Shown here piece by piece: positions 51,574-61,380 of a stretch of DNA of 64,000 nt. Origin of the DNA: Heterodontus francisci. Lineage: Eukaryota. The stretch lies in the NCBI RefSeq assembly GCF_036365525.1, contig NW_027140485.1, forward strand, positions 930,001 through 994,000. The letters run 5' to 3'. The translations under genes and the position numbers were made by a program. The notes below the pieces were generated by a model. The model did not search any database and was not told where the DNA came from. It saw only the letters and a list, made by a program, of their open reading frames with translations. Numbering within the stretch: position 1 is the stretch's first letter; every line of letters starts with the position of its first letter.

Positions 51574-51903
51574 GCATAACGGAGGCCTCAGCAATCATTC
51601 AGACTCCAGAACTGATCGACGTGAGAGAGGGAAGTTCAGTGCATTTACAATGTGCGATGGAGAATGGCAATGTGGGAAACACTGATGTAGAGTGGAAACT
51701 ACTGCATGAAAATTCCATAAATGACAAGGTTATCGGGGACCAAGGCAGCATTGGCCAATTCCAACCTTCCAGGGATTCCAAATACAACAGCTTCATTCTC
51801 ACCATCAGAAACATACAGCAAAGTGACACTGGAACTTACTATTGTGAAATTATAGGAAAAAATAGATTCATCAAAGGAAAGGGAACCAAGATAGAAGTTA
51901 GAG
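51574..51903 (+). CDS. Exon 2: Ig V-set domain 1 with germline-joined J-like strand (GITEASAIIQTPELIDVREGSSVHLQC...VEW...SDTGTYYCEIIGKNRFIKGKGTKIEVR)
   Basis: T-rich tract + TTTCAG acceptor (51572-73), 330 nt, phase 1-1, donor G|GTAAAT. Has B-strand Cys, Trp at Cys+14, L-T-I-x-N-I, D-x-G-x-Y-Y-C and G-x-G-T. Overlaps ORF 51621..51911. Confidence 0.93.
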
Positions 51904-52032
51904 GTAAATAGCTTTTAAATATAATTTGCCACATTCTCATCGACAAAGCTGGGAATCTGTTACATACACTGGAATATTCACACTGACTGCACTGGGAATC
52001 TGTTAGATAGCAATGGAATATTCACTGTGAAA

Positions 52033-52670
52033 GTCAGTATTGAGGGAGCGCTGGGATGTCAGAGACGCAGTACTGAGGGAGTGCTGCACTATCGGAGGGT
52101 CAGTACTGAGGGAGTGCTGCACTGTCACAGGATCAGTACTGAGGGAGTGCTGCACTGTCGGAGGGTCAGTACTGAGGGAGTGCTGCACTGTCGGAGGGTC
52201 AGTACTGAGGAAGCGCTGATCTGTCAGAGGGTCAGTACTGAGGGAGCGCTGCATTGTCAGAGGGTCAGTACTGAAGGAGTGCTGCACTGTCAGAGGGTCA
52301 GTACTGAGGGAACCCTGCACTGTTGGAGGGTCAGTACTGAGGGAGTGCTGCACTGTCGGAGGGTCAGTATTGAGGGAGTGCTGCACTGTTGGAGGGTCAG
52401 TATTGAGGGAGTGCTGCACAGTCGGAGGGTCAGTACTGATGGAGTGCTGCACTGTCGGAGGGTCAGTACTGAGGGAGTGCTGCACTGTCGGAGGGTCAGT
52501 ATTGAGGGAGTGCTGCACTGTCGGAGGGTCAGTACTGAGGAAGCGCTGATCTGTCAGAGGGTCAGTACTGAGGGAGTGCTGCACTGTCGGAGGGTAAGTA
52601 CTGAGGGAGCGCTGCACTGTCAGAGGGTCAGTACTGAAGGAGTGCTGCACTGTCAGAGGGTCAGTACTGA
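52033..52670. repeat. 33-bp minisatellite, about 19 units, opposite orientation to 2177-3010
   Basis: Tandem GTCAGTACTGAGGGAGTGCTGCACTGTCGGAGG. Confidence 0.95.
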
Positions 52671-53830
52671 TCAAGTCGGCATAAGGAGGGAGGAAGTGTT
52701 GGGTATTCTAAAGGGCATTACGGTGGACAAGTCCCCAGGTCCGGATGGGATCTATCCCAGGTTACTGAGGGAAGTGAGAGGGGAAATAGCTGGGGCCTTA
52801 ACAGATATCTTTGCAGCATCCTTAAACACGGGTGAGGTCCCGGAGGACTGGAGAATTGCTAATGTTGTCCCCTTGTTTAAGAAGGGTAGCAGGGATAATC
52901 CAGGTAATTATAGACCGGTGAGCCTGATGTCAGTGGTAGGGAAGCTGCTGGAGAAGATACTGAGGGATGGGATCTATTCCCATTTGGAAGAAAATGGGCT
53001 TATCAGTGATAGGCAACATGGTTTTGTGCAGGGAAGGTCATGTCTTACCAACTTAATAGAATTCTTTGAGGAAGTGACAAAGTTGATTGATGAGGGAAGG
53101 GCTGTAGATGTCATATACATGGACTTCAGTAAGGCGTTTGATAAGGTTCCCCATGGTAGGCTGATGGAGAAAGTGAAGTCGCATGGGGTCCAGGGTGTAC
53201 TAGCTAGATGGATAAAGAACTGGCTGGGCAACAGGAGACAGAGAGTAGCAGTGGAAGGGAGTTTCTCAAAATGGAGCCGTGTGACCAGTGGTGTTCCACG
53301 TGGATCCGTGCTGGGACCACTGTTGTTTGTGATATACATAAATGATTTGGAGGAAAGTATAGGTGGTCTGATTAGCAAGTTTGCAGACGACACTAAGATT
53401 GGTGGAGTAGCAGATAGTGAAGGGGACTGTCAGAGAATACAGCAGAATATAGATAGATTGGAGAGTTGGGCAGAGAAATGGCAGATGGAGTTCAATCAGG
53501 GTAAATGCGAGGTGATGCATTTTGGAAGATCCAATTCAAGAGTGAACTATACAGTAAATGGAAAAGTCTTGGGGAAAATTGATGTACAGAGAGATTTGGG
53601 TGTTCAGGTCCATTGTTCCCTGAAGGTGGCAACACAGGTCAATAGAGTGGTCAAGAAGGCATACGGCATGCTTTTCTTCATTGGACGGGGTATTGAGTAC
53701 AAGAGTTGGCAGGTCATGTTACAGTTGTATAGGACTTTACTGAGTTGGATGATCAGCCAAATCATAATGAATGGCAGAGCCGCTCGAAGGGCTGAATGGC
53801 CTACTCCTGCTCCTATTTTCTATGTTTCTA
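52671..53830 (+). mobile_element. CR1 RT fragment
   Basis: C-terminal part of ORF 52027..53841 (KSPGPDG..KFADD..GIEYKSWQ). Confidence 0.92.
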
Positions 53831-54259
53831 TGTTTCGATAAAGTTGTTGTTTTCCCTTACATTGGTTATTCTTGCGGATTGTCCTGATGAGTGCAAGGTG
53901 AAAAGCTTCGACAACATGTCTCTATTTTCAGCAATACTCAGACAAAAAGTACTAAAAAACACAATGGGACTAAAGATTGACAAGTCCCTCAGACCTGTTA
54001 ACCTGCATCCTAGGGTCAGAAGAAGTGGCTGCAGAGATAATGGATGCATTGGTTGTAATCTTCAAAAATTCCCTAAATTCTGGAAAGGTCCCAGCAGGTT
54101 AGAAAACTGCAAATATAATATTGAAGAAAGCAGGGAGACAGAAAGCAGAAAACTACAGACCAGTTAGCCTAACATCTGTCATTGGGAAAATGCTAGAATC
54201 CATTATTAAGGAAGTAGTAGCAGGAAATTTGGAAAATCAGAATGAAATCAGGTAGAGTC

Positions 54260-55670
54260 CATCTCTGACACTTCCCTTCCCTTCCTCGACTTCTCTGTCT
54301 CCATCTCTGGGGATAGGTTGTCTACTAATATCTATTATAAGTCCTCTGACTCCCACAGCTACCTCGACTACACTTCTTCACACCCTACCTCCTGTAAGGA
54401 CTCCATTCCATTCTCCCAGTTTCTTCGTCTCCGACGCATCTGCTCTGATGATGCTACCTTCCATGACAGCGCTTCTGATATGTCTTCCTTTTTCCTCAAC
54501 CGAGGATTCACCCCCACTGTGGTTGACAGGGCCCTCAAACGTGTCCGGCCCATTTCCCACACCTCTACCCTCACCCCTTCCCCTCCCTCCTAGAACCGTG
54601 ACAGGATTCCCCTTGTCCTCACTTTCCACCCCATCAGCCTCCATATCCAAAGGATCATCCTCTGCCATTTCCGCCTCCTCCAGCATGATGCCACTACCAA
54701 ATGCATCTTCTCCTCCCTTCCCCTGTCAGCATTCCGAAGGGATCATTCCCTCCGTGACACCCTGGTCCGCTCCTCCATTACCCCTACCACCTCGTCCCCT
54801 TCCCATGGCATCTTCCCCTGCAATCGCAGGAGGTGTAATACCTGCCCATTTACCTCCTCTCTCCTCACTATCCCAGGCCCCAAACACTCCTTTCAGGTGA
54901 AGCAGCGATTTACTTGTACTTCTTTCAATGTAGTATACTGTATTCGCTGCTCACAGTGTGGTCTCCTCTCCATTGGGGAGACCAAATGCAGACTGGGTGA
55001 CCGCTTTGCGGAACACCTCCACTCAGTCCGCAAGCAGGACCCTGAGCTTCCAGTCGCTTGCCATTTCAACACTCCCCCCTGCTCTCATGCTCACATCTCT
55101 GTCCTGGGATTGCTGCAGTGTTCCAGTGAACATCAACGCAAGCTCGAGGAACAGCATCTCATTTACCGATTTGGCACACTGCAGCCTGCCGGACTGAACA
55201 TTGAGTTCAATAATTTCAGAGCATGACAGGCCCCCCATTTTATTTCTATTTTTAGTTATTTTTTTCTTTTTCCTTTTTTTATATATTTTTTGTGTTTATT
55301 TTATTTTATTTCATCTTGTTCAGTTTGCTTGCCCACTTTTTTTTTCATGTTTGTACTTGTGGCTGTTCAGTTTACAGTCCATTAACACCCTCTCTGTACT
55401 AATGCTTTGTCTTTCAACACACCATTAACATATTGTTTACCTTTGCTCCATGACCTTCTGGTCAGCTATTCTGTGACCTTGTCCTATCTACACCTTCTCC
55501 TTTGTTTTCTCTTGCCCCACTCCCGCCTTACTTGCTTATAACCTTTTACATTTCTAATATTTGCCAGCTCTGATGAAGGGTCACTGACCTGAAATATTAA
55601 CTCTGTTTCTCTCTTCACAGATGCTGCCAGACCTGCTGGGTATTTCCAGCATTTCTTGTTTTTATTTCAG
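54260..55670 (+). mobile_element. 5'-truncated Penelope-like element with GIY-YIG endonuclease, nested in a decayed CR1 (about 53940-56770)
   Basis: ORF 54897..55226 NVVYCIRCSQCGLLSIGET..RFAEH..KLEEQHLI..GLNIEF; TSD TCAGGTAGAGTC (54248-54259, 55667-55678). Confidence 0.9.
55566..55602 (+). ncRNA. Hammerhead motif (Penelope terminal repeat, intron 2)
   Basis: AGCT-CTGATGA-AGGGTCACTGACCT-GAA-ATAT-T-AACT. Confidence 0.55.
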
Positions 55671-56946
55671 GTAGAGTCAACATGGTTTTATGAAAGGGAA
55701 ATCATGTTTAACAAATTTATTAGAGTTATTTGAGGATGTAACAAGCAGGGTGGATAAAGGGGGAGACCACAATGTCGTGTATTTGGATTTCCAAAAGGCA
55801 TTCGATAAGGTGCCACATAGAAGGTTACTGCTCAAGTGTTTCCAAAGACACTCCAGAGGTTAAGTGAGTGGGCAAAAATTTGGTTGATAGAGTATAATGT
55901 GGGAAAATGTGAGGTTATTCACTTTGGTAGAAAGAATAGAAGAGCAGAATATTATTTAATTAGGCAAAGTCTGCTGAATGCTGAGGTACAGAGGGACCTT
56001 GTACACAAAGAACAAAGAACAGTACAGCACAGGAACAGGCCATTCGGCCCTCCAAGCCTGCGCCGATCTTGGCCTGTTGGCCGAATCACAAAAAATCAGC
56101 ATGCAGGTACAGTGAGTAATTCGGAAGGCAAATGGAATGTTGGCCTTTATTGCAAGGGGGAATGGAATATAAAAACAGGGAAGTCTTGCGACAACTGTCC
56201 AGGGCGTTGGTGAGACCGGACCTAGAGTATTGTGTACAGTTTTGATCTCCTTACTTAAGGAGGGATATACTTGCATTGGAGGCAATTCAGAGAAGGTTGA
56301 CTAGATTGATTCCTGGGATGAAGGGGTTGTCTTATGAGGAAAGGTTGATCAGGTTGTGCCTATATTCATTAGAGTTTAGAAGAATGAGAGGTGATCTTAT
56401 TGAAACATATACAATTCTGAGGCGGCTTGACAGGGTAGATGCTGAGATGATGTTTCCCCTCGTGGGGGAATCTAGGACTATGAGGCACAGTTTCAGAATA
56501 AGGGGTCTTCATTTACGACAGAAATGAGGAGGAATTTCTTCTCTGAGGGTGGTTAATCTTTGGAATTCTCTTCCCCAGTGAGCAGTGGAGGCTGGGTCAT
56601 TGAGTACATTCAAGGCTGAGTTAGACAGAGTTTTCATCTGCAAGGGAGTCAAGAGTTATGTGGGGTCAGGCAGGAAAGTGGTGTTGAGGCTGCAATCAGA
56701 TCAGCTGTGATCTTATTAAATGGCTCAATGGGCCGAATGTCCTATTCCTGCTCCTAATTCTTATGTTTTATGTTTTCAAAATACAATAAATTGATTTTTT
56801 CACAGAGTCATATGAAGATGATGATTGATGTTCTGTTCCCCTGTTCCACTCTATCTCTCCCTTTCTCTCTGTCCACTTATTGAACACAAAAAACAATAAG
56901 TTTCTGATCAGGCTATTCTGCTTGTTCTGTCTCACACTCACACACT

Positions 56947-57667
56947 GGCCAGACATTTATGGTCCCCCCTGAAGCCGGGTGAGAGGCGGGGGGCACAGAG
57001 AATCGTGACGGGTAGCAGGGGACAGACAGCCTGTTGCCAAGCCATCTTCCCGAGGACGGGATAGGCTGACAATGGCCTTCCTGCCCTGAGGCCAATTGAG
57101 GCCCTTAGGTGGCCTATTAACAGCCAATTTAAGGCCTCTTCCCGCCACCGCTAGATCTTGCCAGAGAGGATCTCTTGTAACATGAGGCACACTCCTTGCG
57201 GGCTTGGGGGTGGTGGTGGTGTCTCTCCTGCATGGGCAATCTGGAGCACCCCCGCTGGGAACCACTTCAACCCCCAGGATCCCCTCCCCCCGGACTGCAC
57301 AACTGCCTCTTCGCCCCCTCACTAGGGCCTTCCAGACTGGTCCTGGTGATCCCACCTCATTTACCTGAGGTCCGGGTTCCACCACTGGGCCTGGGTCCGA
57401 GGCCTCTGCAGTCCCATCAATGGCCACTGCTCCCGATGGCGTTGCTGACACGACTAAACTGCTGGCCCTCTGATTGGCTGGCAGCTCGGAGCAGAATGGA
57501 CAGGATTCCCGGCTTGTGAAACTTTTATTTAAAAAGACTGGAGGATCGCTCCAAGGATGGGGGTTGTGGGGGGGCGGGGGGGGGGGGCGCGAAAAGGCAG
57601 AAGCGGGGTTACCCCTGCCTTTTCAGCTCGGCACCGGGATCCCCACCTCCAGCACACAATCCAGCAG
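56947..57667. mobile_element. GC-rich non-autonomous element (MITE-like family; 3' part also at 43128-43420)
   Basis: About 300 bp shared with 43128-43420; AATCCAGC-type terminus. Confidence 0.55.
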
Positions 57668-57767
57668 GTTCACAGTCAGCCTCTCGGAAACATCCCAGTA
57701 TCTGTTTCCACTAAATAAAGGTTTTGAAATTGGACAGTTTGATATTTTTCAAACTGTTTCAAACATC

Positions 57768-57816
57768 AACCACACAGGAAGTGTAAAAAGCTGAACTGAC
57801 ATATTTCAACATCTGG
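57768..57816. promoter_or_regulatory. Candidate intronic lymphoid enhancer core (RUNX-ETS composite + E-box)
   Basis: AACCACA overlapping ACAGGAAGTG by one base (57768-57783), with CATCTG about 30 bp downstream, in one of the few unique patches of intron 2. Confidence 0.35.
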
Positions 57817-58478
57817 ATTGGATGTTGCCTCTTTACTTTCTGACTTAGTTTCGGGGCCTTCTTGCTTTGCTGCCTGGCCCTCTCAGCACCGTCCATTGGT
57901 GGCTCTACATCAGGTGCAGACTCAGGCCCAGCTTTTAACGGAAGCCTGAATATCCTGGGGCAATATCAAAGAGCAGGGGCTCTGTAGCACCAGGAGCATT
58001 CTTCATAGGGCAAGTATAAGATTGGAACTGAGCTAGCTAGGGGCAGTCCCAGCCGCTGTACCCCCTACCCCCACCCCTTACCATTACCGCCACCAACCCC
58101 CCCCCACCCCCCACCCCCAGAAAGGATATTTTGGATTTAGAGGGGGCACAGTGCAGATTCACCAGAACGATAGCAGGTTTGTATTCCCTTGCATTTAGAA
58201 GGTTGAGGGGGATCTAGTAGAGGTGTTTACAATGGTGAAAGGATTCAATGGAATAGATACAGAGAACCTATTTCCTCTGGTGGGAGGTTCCAGAACAATG
58301 GGGCACAATGTTAAAATAGAGCCCGGCTGCTCAGGGTTTAAATTAGGAAGCACCTCTTCACACAAAGGAAAAGGCAAGTGTGAAATTCTCCTCTCCCTGA
58401 AATCTCTGAATGATTGGGGTCAATTGAAATTTTCAAGTCTCTCGCCATTTAGAAAATATTCTGATTTTATTGGCTGCA

Positions 58479-60065
58479 TTGCACCACATTCTGTGGGCTC
58501 TGTTGCCCCACATTCTGCGGGCTCTGTTGCTCCACATTCTGCGGGCTCTGTTGCTCCATATTCTTTGGGTTCTGTTGCTCCACATTCTGCGGGTTCTGTT
58601 GCTCCACATTCTGTGGGTTCTGTTGCACCACATTCTGCGGGTTCTGTTGCTCCACATTCTGTGGGTTCTGTTGCACCACATTCTGTGGGTTCTGTTGCTC
58701 CACATTCTGTGTGTTCTGTTGCTCCACATTCTGTGTGTTCTGTTGCCCCACATTCAGCGGGCTCTGTTGCCCCACATTCAGTGGGCTCTGTTGCCCCACA
58801 TTCTGTGGGTTCTGTTGCCCCACATTCAGTGGGCTCTGTTGCCCCACATTCTGCGGGTTCTGTTGCCCCACATTCAGCGGGCTCTGTTGCCCCACATTCA
58901 GTGGGCTCTGTTGCCCCACATTCTGTGGGTTCTGTTGCCCCACATTCAGTGGGCTCTGTTGCCCCACATTCTGCGGGTTCTGTTGCCCCACATTCTGCGG
59001 GCTCTGTAGCCCCACATTCAGTGGGCTCTGTTGCCCCACATTCTGCGGGCTCTGTTGCCCCATATTCTGTGGGTTCTGTTGCCCCACATTCTGCGGGCTC
59101 TGTTGCCCCACATTCTGCAGGCTCTGTTGCCCCACATTCTGCGGGCTCTGTTGCTCCACATTCTGTGTGTTCTGTTGCTCCACATTCTGTGGGTTCTGTT
59201 GCTCCACATTCTGTGTGTTCTGTTGCTCCACATTCTGTGGGTTCTGTTGCTCCACATTCTGTGTGTTCTGTTGCTCCACATTCTGCGGGCTCTGTTGCTC
59301 CACATTCTGCGGGTTCTGTTGCCCCACATTCTGCGGGCTCTGTTGCTCCACATTCTGCGGGTTCTGTTGCTCCACATTCTGTGGGTTCTGTTGCCCCACA
59401 TTCAGTGTGTTCTGTTGCCCCACATTCTGTGGGTTCTGTTGCCCCACATTCAGTGGGCTCTGTTGCCCCACATTCTGCGGGCTCTGTTGCCCCACATTCA
59501 GTGGGCTCTGTTGCCCCACATTCTGCGGGCTCTGTTGCCCCACATTCTGCGGGTTCTGTTGCCCCACATTCTGCGGGCTCTGTTGCCCCACATTCTGCAG
59601 GCTCTGTTGCCCCACATTCAGTGGGCTCTGTTGCCCCACATTCTGCGGGTTCTGTTGCCCCACATTCAGTGGGCTCTGTTGCCCCACATTCTGCGGGTTC
59701 TGTTGCCCCACATTCAGTGGGCTCTGTTGCCCCACATTCTGCGGGCTCTGTTGCCCCTCATTCAGTGGGCTCTGTTGCCCCACATTCTGCGGGTTCTGTT
59801 GCCCCACATTAAGTGGGCTCTGTTGCCCCACATTCAGTGGGCTCTGTTGCCCCACATTCTGCGGGCTCTGTTGCCCCACATTCAGTGGGCTCTGTTGCCC
59901 CACATTCTGCGGGCTCTGTTGCCCCACATTCAGTGGGCTCTGTTGCCCCACATTCTGCGGGCTCTGTTGCCCCACATTCAGTGGGCTCTGTTGCCCCACA
60001 TTCTGCGGGCTCTGTTGCCCCACATTCAGTGGGCTCTGTTGCCCCACATTCTGCGGGCTCTGTTG
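58479..60065. repeat. 24-bp minisatellite (CTGTTGCCCCACATTCWGYGGGCT)n, about 66 units, in intron 2
   Basis: Period 24; produces the SVAPHSAG/GQQSPQNV/CCPTFCG pseudo-ORFs. Confidence 0.96.
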
Positions 60066-60864
60066 ATTGCAGGCCTGCAGTTATTTGCAATAAATTTCAT
60101 CTGCAATTGTTTTGCCCACTTAAATATTTCGTCAATCTCTTTCTGTTGTTTCTGGGCTGTCTTCTCCAATTCCACTCTCACTCCTCATTTACTGTAATCT
60201 GGTGTAATGACTTTTCACTGGGTTTCTGATTAACATGAATTGGAAGCAATGGGTTGTCCAAGCACTAATTCCTGGAGCGCCCCACTCAGTCTTCACTCCC
60301 ATCCCCACCGCACAACATTTTCCTAATAAGGAACTAATACAAAATAAAAATACTGCAGATGCTGGAAATCTGAAATTAAAACAGAAAATGCTGGAAATAC
60401 TCAGCAGGTCTGGCAGCATCTGTGGAGAGAGAAGCAGAGTTAATTTCATATTGATATCCAAGTTGACCTTTGAACCCCAACAGTGTAACTAGTAGCATTT
60501 TGTGTGAAACGTTGTCTGATGCCTTTTGGAAATGTAATTACCCTCCATCATGGGCTTATTACAGTCCACTTAGGATAACACTTCCTCAAAGAAATCGAGG
60601 AGGTTGATCACACAAGACCATCCCCTTCTGAACCCGTGTTGTTTGTGTTTCCTGTAATTACTGTGTAACCAATATTCTAGTTGAAATCCTGAGCATCAAT
60701 TCTTTTATTTTAGGCAGTAGTGTGGTGAGCTGAACCAATGCACTGGGTCAGCATTCCAGACTATTCTCTTAATTCAATACAAACCCATGTTGCCCTGATC
60801 ATCTCTTTAAACACTCAGGATATGCTGAAACTGATACTGAATTCTTGATTTTTTTCCCTTAAAG

Positions 60865-61203
60865 GTGACAGTTTTCCCATTCTGTCTCAGCCGGAAGTGC
60901 AGAATATCAGTGAGGGCCACACTGCCCAGTTGCAATGCTCTGTCAATAATATCGATTTGAAAAATACCGACTTACACTGGTACCGACGCAGTCTGAGAGG
61001 ATTTCAGCGGTTTATAACACACCGCGCTAAGGATATTGTGGAAATGGATGAAAATTTAAGAAACCATTTTCAATCTACCAGAGATGTCTCCAAGAATGAA
61101 GTCATTCTAACAATCTCAAACATTCTGCTCGAAGATGCAACTGTCTATTACTGTACGGTATGGTCAGACGTGTATGGGAGTGGAACCCAGCTGAATGTAA
61201 TCA
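60865..61203 (+). CDS. Exon 3: Ig V-set domain 2 with germline-joined J-like strand (GDSFPILSQPEVQNISEGHTAQLQC...LHWYRR...EDATVYYCTVWSDVYGSGTQLNVI)
   Basis: TTTTTTTCCCTTAAAG acceptor, 339 nt, phase 1-1, donor A|GTAAGT. Has canonical Cys, WYR, D-x-x-x-Y-Y-C and YGSGT, plus an N-glycosylation sequon (NIS). Overlaps ORF 60897..61328. Confidence 0.93.
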
Positions 61204-61380
61204 GTAAGTACATTTTCAAAGTTTGTTCTCAGGATTTGCTGACATGGCCTCATTTATTACCCATCCCTTGTTGTCTTGAGCAGCCGTTGTTGGGCTTTCT
61301 CCTTGAAACAGTGCAGTCCTTGTGCTGAGGATGCCTGCACAATGGACTTGGGTAGGGATTTCAAAATCTCTGCCTCAGTG

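Noticed and set aside
52027-53841. 604-aa 'repeat-RT fusion protein'
   Set aside because: Chance in-frame junction of a minisatellite and a truncated CR1 RT.
58223-60229. Mucin-like, Cys-rich and Gln-rich 400-530 aa ORFs
   Set aside because: A 24-bp tandem repeat open in nearly all frames, lying in intron 2.
51574-61203. Assigning the gene as IgL, TCR, IgNAR, CD8 or NKp30
   Set aside because: The two tandem joined-VJ exons, 6.6-kb leader intron, lack of RSS and absence of visible C/TM exons do not allow a specific assignment without a database search.
61204-61328. Read-through C-terminal extension of ORF 60897..61328 as a TM or secretory tail
   Set aside because: It follows a perfect GTAAGT donor and runs into a decayed antisense LINE-B 3' end; intronic.
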